NCBI RefSeq assembly: GCF_001194135.2
Contig: NC_068990.1
Coordinates: forward strand, 60,927,155-60,973,187
Reading direction: 5' to 3'
From: Octopus bimaculoides
Lineage: Eukaryota
DNA length: 46,033 nt
Below the pieces are notes generated by a model that was not told the origin of the DNA, did no database searches, and was given only the letters and a program-made list of their open reading frames with translations. Position numbers and translations under genes: made by a program. Below, in pieces: positions 34,951-46,033 of the stretch (the stretch's first letter is position 1; each line of letters starts with the position of its first letter).

Positions 34951-37596
34951 AAAAGAAAAAAACAATCCATGTATAGCAGTTGCTGGTCAGATACTGTAGT
35001 CATATAATAAATTTTTGCTATGTTTAAAAAATTTGATTCCATCATAATAATTCAAGTATTTAAGTATTATTTATCAAACACTACTAACCATTGTTATCAG
35101 TCAACTAGTGAACTAATTGATCAATCAGTTGTTTGATCAATCGGTCAGTTAATTCATCAAAGTCCTTTTGTTGTAGTTGGTTCATCAGAGTCCTTTTGCT
35201 GCAGTCTGCATCCTTATCATTGATGTGTGCCTACCTGCCTCATTTCTGTCACAACCTGATACACATGAATGAACTGAACAACACAAGTTTTCGTGAACAA
35301 ATGCATATATGCATAATTACACACACATAAGCACTGACCACGCAATACAAACACATACTCAAGAAAACCACTCAAATTATAACATACAATCCAAGTACTA
35401 AAACCCATAGATATTGATGTAAAAGACAGAAATCGGTTTGTGACAGAAGAATAGATGAAGGGCACCATTATCATCAATAATGTTGTCCACTGTGATGAAG
35501 CCAACTGTGATCAAACCACTGTGATTGCTGTGATGAAACCAACTGATTGATTCATCAAACAATTAATCAACCAAGTGATTAGGTAATTAGTTAATTAGTG
35601 AGATAGCTACTATATTGATAAAGATAATTGAAATGCAACCAGTGTGTGTGTTTTTATTTGCAATTTGACCCACTTACCTTGAAACAATATGTTTCAGAAC
35701 AATTTTATATCAGTAATTTTGCTAGACATACAAAAATAAAACACCTATCAGCCATCTAACTAAGAAATGTTTTTATTAGTAAAATAGATATTATGTAACA
35801 TATTTTATAATAAATATATCTTCTATTATAATAATTAACATATCTTCATCCAATTTCTAATAGGAACAGTTCTCAAAAGTAGCATCTGTTCAGCTATCTC
35901 ACCCAGTTATTACTTGTCTTAATTTGATTTTGTTCTTTCTTATCTTTAGACCCAGTTCACATCATTCCTGTTATCGTCACACACAAATATATATCGCCTC
36001 AATTTATTATTTTTTATGTGTGTATAGCTGCATGCACTCACACACACACACACACAGATATGCACATTTATATATGCCTATATAGGTATGCATGTGTCTA
36101 TATACACGTGTGGTGTGTTTCTTGTTTATCATTCATAATTGTGTGTTGTTCATAGTCATGTCTGTCACTTGATTTCTCTAGTGTTTTTCTGTGTCAGTAT
36201 GTTAAAGTATGAAACCTTTGATGCATGTATTGCTTGACTGTTGATATTCATTAGACCATAGCTGTAACCACCAAAGGCTGTGGACATCTTCATTTGCAAG
36301 ATAAGATGGCAAATTGGCAAATTCATTTGAGCAGTGGATGAAATAACTTGTATTCTTTCTGGCTCATTTTGTTCTGAGTTCAAATCATGGCAATTGTCAA
36401 CTTTGCCTTTCATCCAAATAAAGTATCAATTAGGAGCAGTGGACTTGCAGGAATGTTAGAGCATTAGACAGGATGCCTTGTGGTATTTGTTTCAACCCTT
36501 TACATTCCGAGTTCAAATTTTACCATGACTTACTTGGGTGATAGAATTAATCTGTCATTTAGTATAACATTACCACTTGACCCTTGAGTGTGATTAACAA
36601 TGGGTTTCCCTCTGCTACAAGCATTCGATTTTAGGTCTCCAGTTTGAGGATCCATTCTTCTTTCTTTCCCATCAGTCTAAGAGACTTATAAAGGGTCAGA
36701 GCACTGTCTTACCTCCTGACTAAGCAATAAAAAAAATATGGGTTTAGTAGTTTGAGTGGGACAAGGTGCCACATTATTGAAGGTGTGGCTCCTTTTTTTG
36801 GCAGAGTGGACTGGTGTAATGTAAAATGAAGTGCCAAGGACACAAAATACTGTCAATTCAGAAAGCAAGCTCTCGACCTTATAATCACAAGTTCCCTCTG
36901 CTACGTACTATCATGCTCAACTATTACATTGAAGCAAACACAGTGTACCTACGTCACTCATTTTAACACTGCTATGTGATCCTTTGGTGCTTTTATCATT
37001 ACTGACTCCATTGCAAACATACTTGCTCTACTCCTATTTTCCTTTCAGACATCTTAAGCTGCGGATCTTCAAATTAGATGCTAATCATAAAAACATCACC
37101 AGTCTATGCAAATTTGTAAAGTTTATGGTCACTGCTTTGCTTCTTCTGACCAAAATATTGATTTCCAATTTTGGCACAAGGCCAGTATTTTGAAGGAGGG
37201 AGTAAGTCATTTACATTGACCCCAATGCTCAACTGGTACTTATTTTATTGAATAAAAGACGAAAGGAAAAGTTAACCTCGGCAGAATTTGAACTCAGAAC
37301 ATAAAGATGGACAACATGCCACCAAACATTTTGCCTGGCATGGTAATAATTCTACCAACTTGCTGCCTTTCTCCAGATCAAACATTAAAACAAAGAAAGT
37401 GTACATTTCCTGCCCTTACTAAATCTTGCCATGATCTTGACATGAGTTGTGTTACTGTAATAATTATTGCATGTTTATTTATATCATTTGATTCTGGATC
37501 CCACTGTGTGGCAGGTTGGGCAAGTGTCTTCTACTATAAATGCTGACCAAATGCTTATGAGTGGATTTGTAGATGGAAACTGAAAGAAGTTCTTCA

Positions 37597-37597
<1 letters not shown>

Positions 37598-37631
<34 letters not shown>

Positions 37632-37668
37632 TGTATGTATGTATGTATGTATGTATGTATGTATGTAT
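37598..37668. repeat. (TATG)n microsatellite
   Basis: Direct reading. Confidence 0.95.
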
Positions 37669-37988
37669 GAAGATGCATGCCTCAGTGGTTAGAGCATTGA
37701 GCTTATGATTGTTAGGTTGTGAGTTCAATTTTTGGACTAGGTTGCATGTTGTGTGCTTGAGCAAGACACTTTATTTCATGCTGCTTCACTTCACTCAGTT
37801 GTAGAAATGAGTTGCAACGTCACTGGTGCCAAGCTGTATCAGCCTTTGCCTTTCCCTTGGACAACATTGGTGGTTTGGATAGGAGAGGCTGGTATGCATG
37901 AGCAACTGCTGGTCTTCCATAAAACAACCTTGCTCAGACATTTGCCTCGGAGGGTGACTTTCTAGGTGCAATCCCATGGTCATTCATG
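37669..37988 (+). mobile_element. tRNA-derived SINE, family E
   Basis: Colinear with 5981-6320 along its whole length. Confidence 0.85.
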
Positions 37989-39521
37989 TATGTATGTGTG
38001 CGTGCTCCCCACCACTTCTTGACAACCAGCCTTGGTTTGTAACTTTGTGGATTGGCAAAAAAGAAACTGATAGAATCTCATAGAAAACCAGTCTTATAGA
38101 AAACCAGTCTCATAGAAAATTAAGAACTGGGGCTGATTTGTTTGACTAAATCCTTCAAGGTAGTGTCCAAGCATGACCACAGTCCAATGGCTGAAACAAG
38201 TAAAAGATAAAAGATAAATTATGAAATGTCATTAATATAAATATTTCTCACCCTTTTTCTTTTCATCTCCCATTATACTTTTGCTTCCATTTTTCCTATC
38301 AGATATTTAGTCAGTTAAGACAGTCCCTTTTGTAATAAGTGAGGCAATTATTTCTTACTGGTTAGGGAAATGTGCCATGTCTCTGAACATCAAAGTGACA
38401 CAGTTTGGTCCATGATTGTATTTAGCTAAGTAGTCCACTACCTCAGCTACTACACAAATACACACTTAGGCAATGTATTTTAAAAGTGGAACATTTAACA
38501 CTTTTATTGCTCTGCTTAATACTATTATGTATTCTCTTACATTTAGTAGTCAGTCTTTTATTCTGTACTTGCTAAATTTCTTCAACTTTCGAAAAATAAA
38601 ATGAAAAAAAAAAAGAAAGAAAGAAAAGAAAAGAAAAAAAAGAAATAGTGTGAAAGCATCCCCAGCAAATGTAAAGTGTCTTAGCAATCACGTCTCTTAA
38701 ATAATCCTCTTCTTTGTTTTCATGCTGCAGTCTGAAAATGAAATTTTGCATAGCTGGCTGAAATGTTCGAAGGAGTACAGTGCTTGAATAGAAGTCTATG
38801 CCAGCTTTGCCACTTTCAATCAGTCTGCTGACTATGAGTTATTGATTTCTAGTTACAGCCTTTTGCTGATGCATTTTCTCATTCAGACCAATAAAACTGT
38901 ATAGCGACTCAATTTTCATGCAATATTTTGACAGTCCTTATTGACAATTTCATTCAGACAAGCATACTATCAGATATTAAAGCTATTCATTTATATGTGC
39001 TATTGGCCTAATATTCCTGTTATTGTCATTTCTATGATTGTGATGGGAATTTAGTTTTATTACCTAATCATAATATATCTATCTTTGATTGGAATTCTGA
39101 ATCTTGATACAATGTCTTACTGTTAGTTTAAAGAATGCAGCTCTATATAACAGAATTTGAGTACATTATCAAAACTGTGTTATCTAAATTTTAAATCATT
39201 GACAAGTCAAATTTTCTTAAATGAAGAAGCTTGGATTAAACAATTTTTTTCTCATAATTACATACTTTCAAAATCAGAACAAACACTAGAATGAAACCAA
39301 TTTAAAGCAAAATTAACAATACTTTGGGCCGGATTACACATGTCAACTTTTTAAGATCCACCTTATAAAAACACTATGAAACTGAATCAGAATTATCATA
39401 TTTTTAAACTCTTGATCAGCAGTTCTCAGTAATTTTCTATAGACCCTTTGATTATTATATTATTTTAGTGGATCTCTATAGACATTCCATGTTCAAAAAC
39501 TAGTTTTATAGTTAGTTATTT

Positions 39522-39745
39522 TTTTATTCTCTTACTTGTTTCAGTCATTTGATTGCAGCCATGCTGGAGCACTGCCTTGACGGGTTTTAATCAAACAAAT
39601 CAACCCCAGGATTTATTTCTTAAGCCTAGTACTTATTCTATCAATCTCTTGTGCTGAACCACTAAGTTACAGGGTCATAAACACACCAACACCAGTTCTC
39701 AAGCAGTAATGGGATAACAAATACATACACAAAGGCACACACACA
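39522..39745 (+). mobile_element. Interspersed repeat family B (others ~1680-1893 -, 10355-10530 +, 21650-21830 -, 22420-22645 +, 32697-32860 +, 38005-38218 -)
   Basis: Recurrent TTTTACTTGTTTCAGTC..GCCATGCTGG.GCACTGCC..GTACTTATTCTATC ending in (CA)n. Confidence 0.8.
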
Positions 39746-39899
39746 TAGATATATGCATACATACTATATAGAAACTCTGCCAAATCAGATTGGAGCCTGG
39801 TGTAGCCATCTGGTTTCACCAATCCTCAGTCAAATCGTCCAACCCATGCTAGCATGGAAAGCGGACGTTAAACTATGATAATGATGATATATATATATT

Positions 39900-40437
39900 T
39901 GTGCAGGTGGCACATAAAATACACCATTTTGAGCGTGGCCATTGCCCGTACCGCCTGACTGGCCTTCGTAGGATTTTCGAGCGAGATCGTTGCCAGTGCA
40001 ACTGGACTGGCTCTTGTGTGGGTGGCACATAAAATGCACCATTTTGAGCGTNNNNNNNNNNCATTTTGAGCGTGGCCATTGCCCGTACCGCCTGACTGGC
40101 CTTCGTAGGATTTTCGAGCGAGATCGTTGCCAGTGCAACTGGACTGGCTCTTGTGTGGGTGGCACATAAAATGCACCATTTTGAGCGTGGCTGTTGCCAG
40201 TACCGCCTGACTGACTTCCGTGCGGGTGACACATAAAAGCACCCACCACACTCTCTGAGTGGTTGGCGTTAGGAAGGGCATCCAGCTGTAGAAACTCTGC
40301 CAAATCAGATTGGAGCCTGGTGTTGCCATTCGGTTTCACCAGTCCTCAGTCAAATCGTCCAACCCATGCTAGCATGGAAAGCGGACGTTAAACGACGATG
40401 ATGATGATAATGATGATGATGATGATGATGATGATGA
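39900..40437 (+). mobile_element. SINE family D with (GAT)n tail (others ~2040-2133 +, 13860-13995 +, 29944-30300 -, 31200-31400 +, 34492-34722 +, 39770-39890 +, 41340-41585 -)
   Basis: Shared AGGAAGGGCATCCAGCTGTAGAAA and 3' CCAACCCATGC.AGCATGGAAAG.GGACGTTAAA(CGATGAT)n; internal GGTGGCAC.TAAAA sub-repeats. Confidence 0.8.
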
Positions 40438-43400
40438 TATATACGCAATAGCTTTCTTTCAGTTTCCATGTACCAAATCCACTCCCAAGGCTTTGGTTGA
40501 CCTGAGGTTATATTAAAAGACACTTGCCCAAGGTGCACATAGTAAGACTGAACCTGGAACCATGTGATTGAGAAGCAAGTTTTCAAAGTTCCTGTTTTGT
40601 TTTTCACACGTGTCCACTTGTCTAGGTTTGCAATGGCACTCTCTGAGAGAATATGTTTCCATGACTGGAAACGTGGTGAACTAGATTAAGCGTTAGGAAA
40701 AAAGAACCTAGTTGTTTCTTACAATAAATACATCTAAAGCTAAGTTTTTTAAGTTAACCCCTAAAATTCTACTGTGGAGCTCCAATTTACTGTTTTCCTT
40801 ATGTGGACCCCAGTTGAAAACTACTGCTCTAGATTATTAAAGTTTTACTTTAAAACTAAACATGATAGGAAGGAAGGAGAAACATAAGGGAAAGACTCTC
40901 AATGTTCCTAATTATCTACTTTCTGTCTTCAGCAATGAAACAGTTTATTAAAACTAACAAACAAAAGCACTATAGATGTGTCTAGTAACCAGAAGACTTA
41001 CTCATATCACACATCATCATCATCAACTACAGGATTATTTTAGCATCCATTTTTCCCTGACAGTATGGGTTTGTGGGGGCAGTGTCTGCTGTGCTGTCAC
41101 TTGTATTGTTTTGTTATTTCTTCTGTAAAGCCCTACATCTAGAGACCTAATATAAACATCCAATGGTTTGTGCTTTTTTTTGTTTTTCCCTTCTGCATTA
41201 TCAGCGGTCTCTATCAATGAGCAGACTGTTGGAATGAGCTCAGGAAAATTCATTTACTATTCCAAATGTTTCTAACTAGGAGTTGATACTTCATCATAAA
41301 CTCATTTTAATGGAGATTTACTGCCACTCCATCACACTCAACATATCATCATCATCATTATCATCTAATGTCTGTTTTCTATACTGGCATGGGTTGGACA
41401 GTTTGACAAGAGCTGCACCAGGCTCTAGGTGTCTGTTTTGGCATGGTTTCTACAGTTTGATACTCTTCTTAATGTCAACCACTTTACAGAGTGTACTGGG
41501 TATTTTTACAGGAACTTTTTATGTGGTGCCAGCATGGGTGCTTTTTATGTTCAGGACAAGTGCTTTTTTACATGGTGCCAACACAATGTTTTTAATTCAC
41601 TTTTTTTTTTAAACAGAGTCTTAGCTCACCTTTTTGTATATATGATAATGCCAGTAAGCTTATTTGCTTATTCTGTTTATAAATTTCTGACAGGCAGGGG
41701 CCTCATTATTTCTACTTTTTATTGGAAAATTAGTTTATTGATTCCTCCTTAAGTTTCCCCCTAATTTCTATAAGACGGGGTGGAGGGTCATCTCCAATAA
41801 TCCTTATTTATATTTGATCCGTCAGTTTTAATTTGTAGAATCAGTTGACATCTCTTAAATGCAATCACTTCTTTATATTCCAATAGAAAAATATAACAGC
41901 TGCTTTCTTCTCTATACCATGTACTGTGTAAATGTAATGAAGGAATTGTAGGTGATGCCAAGAACTTTAGCATTATGCATGAGATAGATGCGGATTTTAC
42001 TCAGTGTAATTATTTGTAGAGATTAGTGATCTTATGTGATATTTATATGCCAAGGAACAGTGAATCTGTTTGAAGCAACTGCTTGCTGGTTCTAGCTTTT
42101 TATATACAGTCTAAACTAGTATACTGTCCACTACACAGCAGAGTGTGAGATTTTTCATGTCATGTTATACTTATGTGTATTTTGTGAAAGTATTGGAATG
42201 TTATAGTTAAAATGATTTATAATAAGATATATCTTTATAAAAAGGCATTTACTGTATGCAGGCTTCATGCTTTGAGTATAAGTTGGCCAGTTACAATTTG
42301 CTGTTATCTTAAAATGTGTTGAGCAATTGCTGATTTAAGCATTCAACTATATTCCTTCTTACCAATAACTCTAAATTAGCAAGGTATATAAAACACTTTG
42401 TAAAATTTAAAACCCATCTTGGTTTGGACAAATTAGGGAAAAACAAAGAAAAGAGGTTTATCCAGAAATAAAACCATATTTGTACACCCACAGACTATAT
42501 GAAATTAACTAAATGTAATTTTTAGTATGTCTTAATTAATCTAAATCACTTGTTTTTTAATCACAGTTCAACAAAAGAGACATGACATCTCTATACTGAA
42601 AAATCTTAGTTGAAAATTAGAGAATTTCTTATTGTTCATATATTTTCTTTATTTACTTTGAGTTATTTATACTTTAAATGCTTTTCCATGGTGATTTTAT
42701 TACACCTTTTTGTTGCCATAAAATTATAAATAAATTAAAATTATCGTAATTGTTAAAACATTTTTATTTTGTTCATTTATTATCCTTCTATATTTGGCCC
42801 TTATATTTGTTGTTAATATTGTCCTGTTTATATTGCTTTCATTGCTCTAAAAACATCAAATTAAGCTTTCTCCCATGTATTCTAGTCCTTAGTTGAACTG
42901 ATATTCAAAGGTCATCTTAAGACTTTAATACTTATGAAATATTGCTAAGCTGTAAAGGTCATTTCTTCATCCTGTTTATATCTCAGCTTTTTAATTTTCT
43001 GAAAATCTTGCTTTTAATTGCAAGTTTTCATTGTCTTCTTCATTCATTCAATTCAGTGTATTTAGTTTGTATTACAAAAACACTCTTAGTTCAAGTTATT
43101 GTTACAGCCTTCCTTCACTACTTCAGAACCTTGAAGGGAGGCTGTAGCATATCTGGAACCCTTTTTATGACGATTAGAGATACTCAAATAATGTGAACAT
43201 TGTTATAAGATAAACTTCAACATCATTTCATAAAATAAGAGCTATATATTTAAATATGTATAGAAAATTACAAAATAGAGATTATATAGAAACATATTAA
43301 GAATTCAGTTAAGCAAAATATTTATGCTTAAAACATATACAATCATGCATCAGAATGAATCTTGGGGTTATCACTCCAAGTTCTTGGTGAAATGACATAA

Positions 43401-43864
43401 ATATATTTAAGTATACTGAATTTTTAGTTTTCCTGCTTTGTTAGCAAGAGAATTTTTAATGATTGTCAAACTAACACCAATATGCAAATACCCTATCCTC
43501 TTCTAGACTAAGCAGCACTTTTTTATGTAGCTGAAAGCTGTTATTGTCTCAGTAGAATTGGGGGTTTAAGTGGAAATTTGGTTGTAATAATAATTCAAAA
43601 ATTGATCTTCCTGTTACTTGTACTGTTTTGCAGATAACTTGAAGAATGACCTTAAGTTTCATTGCATGACTATATGTTTTAATCATAAATATATATTTGG
43701 TATATTGAATATTTTAGTCTGTTTATTTTTTTATGACAAGTTTGGTGTGAAAAAGAATTATATTAATAGAACTCACACTTACTAGTATGAAAGATAACAA
43801 TACGAAAATAAGTATAAGGATGTTCTGTTGGTATTCTCCCATTTTGAGGGAGAAATGTGTTAAT

Positions 43865-43878
43865 ATTAATTATTATTG

Positions 43879-43930
<52 letters not shown>

Positions 43931-43950
43931 GATGATTATTATTATTATGA
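43865..43950. repeat. (ATT)n microsatellite
   Basis: Direct reading; source of the poly-Y ORF 43787-43984. Confidence 0.95.
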
Positions 43951-44141
43951 AGGTGGCAAGCTAGAAGAATTGTTAGCAAGCTGAACAGAATGCTTAGTGG
44001 CATTTTGTCTGTCTACATTCACATTTCAGGTTCCACTGAAGTCGACTTTACCTTTCGTCTTTTAAGGGTCAATAAAATAAGTATCTGTTGATCACTGGGG
44101 TCGATGTAATTGACTTACCCCCTCTGCCAAAATTTCAAGCC

Positions 44142-44340
44142 ATTATTACCTCTGTGTTAGTGAAGGCATAGGTATTGTTTTCAGTCATGTTTGTTTGTTT
44201 GTTCGTGGACAGGATATCTCAAGAACCACTTGATGGATTTAGATGAAACTTACAAGGATATTTGGCCTTGTGACTGGCACGAACTGATTAGATTTTGGGG
44301 TTGATCTGGTACTGCACAAGGATTCTGGATTGTTTGTTAT
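44142..44340 (+). mobile_element. Truncated HINE-like element with (GTTT)n
   Basis: ATTATTACCTC.. start and a GTTT microsatellite. GATCTGGTACTGCACAAGGATTCTGGATT resembles GATCAGGTATCAGACAAGGATTCTAGATT in the 44735 copy. Confidence 0.5.
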
Positions 44341-44734
44341 ATTTACTCTATTTTACATGATTATGATCTTACGTTGACTTTCAAGTCTTTCTCAATTATC
44401 TCCCTTTAGACTGTTTCCAAAGTTTTATTTTTGTTTCTCTATTATCAGTTTTACTCACGTCTCTATCTTAGTAGAAACTGATGGATAAAGAAATCAAACT
44501 GCATAAGCAAACAGCAGCAAAACCATTCAGAAATTAAATAACACTAACATATTTTTATAATATATATTTTATATATTATACATACATATTAACACTTTAC
44601 AGTATACTTACATATATACATACATCTATACATTGATCTAAAACAACAGGAATAATAAAGGAAAGCCGGAATTTAGCAGAAGAGAAAACTAAAAGGTCTC
44701 ATGCCATTCATTTAAAAATTCCTGAGTAGAACTT

Positions 44735-45086
44735 ATTATTACTACCTCCGCCTTTGAAATTATTTTGAATGGTGAATTTGTTAACTTTGGCTTGTATTAG
44801 ATAAGGATAAACTATTTAGTACTAAATATTATTAAACCTTCACATTCCATGGCTACCATTGAAATCGATCAGGTATCAGACAAGGATTCTAGATTATTTT
44901 TTCCAGTTTTTTTTTTTTTTTTACTTAATTTTTGTGAGTGGGCAGGTTCGTTTTTTGCATTCTCGTTTGTGAGAGTAGTCGAGTTTGTTTCAGATATTCT
45001 CATATTAAAAATCATCTCTAGCTAATTGTTGAGAAGATGTTGGTGTTGCCTTGGCGGAGGTTAGCACTCTTTGAGCGCTCTTGTTA
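44735..45086 (+). mobile_element. Helentron-associated non-autonomous element (HINE/DINE-1-like)
   Basis: Subterminal inverted repeats ACCTCCGCC (44744-44752) / GGCGGAGGT (45053-45061), a 3' hairpin AGCACTC-TTT-GAGCGCT (45063-45079) and T-rich ends. Confidence 0.65.
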
Positions 45087-45095
45087 TTATTACAA

Positions 45096-45312
45096 AGGCA
45101 GCGAGCTGGCAAAATTGTTAGCATGCTGGACAAAATGCATAGCAGCATTTCATCCTTCTTTACATTCAGAGTTCAAATTCAACCAAGGTCAACTTTGCCT
45201 TTCATCTCCTTTCAGGGTCAGTAAAATAGATACCAGTTGAGTACTGGGATTGATGTAATCGACTTCCCTTCCTCTCAAAAACTTTTAAGCCTGTGCCAAA
45301 ATTTGAAACCAT
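45096..45312 (+). mobile_element. SINE family C (others ~5025-5415 -, 9275-9600 -, 22022-22205 -, 28305-28508 +, 36300-36540 +, 37160-37375 -, 43950-44140 +)
   Basis: Recurrent GAGCTGGCA..GTTAGCA..GAGTTCAAATT..GACTTTGCCTTTCATCC..AAGTACCAG..GCCTTGTGCCAAAATTTGAA. Confidence 0.8.
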
Positions 45313-45795
45313 TATCATCATTGTCAGCATCGTTGTTGTTGTTCAGATTGTCAGCATTGTTGTTGTTGTTCAATAGATTAGCTGAATTAGTAAATTGCTG
45401 AATCGAAGAGCTTGTAGTATTTATTTAAAAGTCTTTACATTCTATCTTCAGATCTTTTATTGCTGCATTATTTAATTCAAATATGTTACCTATAGTAGAA
45501 CGCTTCTTTGTATAAAGTTAACATCTCTATGTAGTTATGTCTTCAAATGCTTAATTTTTTTTTCTTTTTAAATTTCAGATTAGGGTTAAGTTATTCAAAT
45601 TTCTGACTCTGAGGATGTGGGAAGTGTCTTATTGAATAACTTAACTTCATAGTTACAGTTCTACTGCAATACTGTTGACATATAATTAAATCATTTTAAG
45701 GGAAACAGCAACTGCCTAAATTACTTACCAATTGAGTTGCTTCTAACAGCATTATTTCACACGAGTCCTTCATTTTCAATTCATGTGCTCTGGTC

Positions 45796-45834
<39 letters not shown>

Positions 45835-45836
<2 letters not shown>

Positions 45837-45990
45837 TGTGGATGTGTGGTAAGTAGCTTGCTTACCAACCACATTGTCCCGAGTTCAGTCTCACTGCATG
45901 GCACCTTGGGCAAGTGCCTTCTACTATCACCTCGGACCGACCAAAGCCTTGTGAGTGGATTTGGTAGATGGAAACTGAAAGAAGCCCGTC
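45835..45990 (+). mobile_element. SINE family A (best copy; others ~6685-6850 +, 21489-21612 +, 22648-22810 -, 31410-31600 -, 37497-37597 +, 40441-40585 -)
   Basis: Recurrent GTGGTAAG.AGCTTGCTT..GTTCAGTC..CACCTTGGGCAAGTG..GTGAGTGGATTTGGTAGA.GGAAACTGAAAGAAGCCC; tRNA-like head with a MIR/CORE-like motif. Confidence 0.8.
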
Positions 45991-45991
45991 A

Positions 45992-46033
<42 letters not shown>

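Larger units (their letters stand above)
39417..40826. mobile_element. hAT MITE (same family) split by four nested SINE insertions
   Basis: The 5' part (CAGCAGTTCTCA..) and 3' part (..GTTGAAAACTACTG) match 14892-15233. Flanks CTCTTGAT / CTCTAGAT are a 7/8 TSD match. Confidence 0.75.

Noticed and set aside
35085-35600. Weak inverted similarity around TTCTGTCACAA / TTGTGACAGAA with AATC/TTAG-rich flanks
   Set aside because: Only ~19 nt of convincing complementarity amid low-complexity sequence; no definable termini.
32612-38787. Phase-compatible candidate exons 32612-32660 ((R)SHFSILDAQSLTGDTE) and 38731-38787 (SENEILHSWLKCSKEYSA*)
   Set aside because: Plausible splice sites, but joining them after 21139 displaces the invariant PH Trp, and such short open segments are expected by chance. 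RNA-seq is needed.
39925-40188. Apparent 127-bp exact tandem repeat and ORFs 39830-40339, 39868-40329, 39873-40232
   Set aside because: 39925-40051 and 40062-40188 are identical and separated only by a 10-N gap, most likely overlapping contig ends that were not merged. The ORFs are read-through of SINE family D.

Overview
AT-rich, repeat-dense animal DNA from a short-read scaffold with 8 N-gaps. The SINE/MITE repertoire and (TA)n/(CA)n load point to an octopus (coleoid cephalopod) genome; this is an inference. The only host gene I can support is on the + strand: three GT-AG exons (3964-4006, 14086-14272, 21004-21139) encoding the end of one PH domain and most of a second, tandem PH domain, reminiscent of PDZPH1-type proteins. 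I could not find the exon that closes the second PH domain. The rest is intronic or intergenic: a decayed full-length DD34D mariner (1-1283), RTE and CR1-group LINE remnants, six or more SINE families, piggyBac-like (TTAA) and hAT (8-bp TSD) MITEs, Helentron-type HINEs and micro/minisatellites. Most of the supplied ORFs are artefacts of microsatellites, N-gaps or repeats. The best signal is non-coding. A ~610-bp head-to-head inverted repeat in (TA)n at 20188-20795 carries two outward-facing minimal type-I hammerhead-ribozyme motifs of the Penelope-like-element kind, ~210 nt upstream of a splice acceptor. A third hammerhead with a G12A change (24701-24794) and a PLE-like inverted terminus (24968-25162) also lie in (TA)n. 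In addition, two different SINE families inserted at the same nick site in two copies of one MITE, and there are several fold-back (snap-back) duplications.
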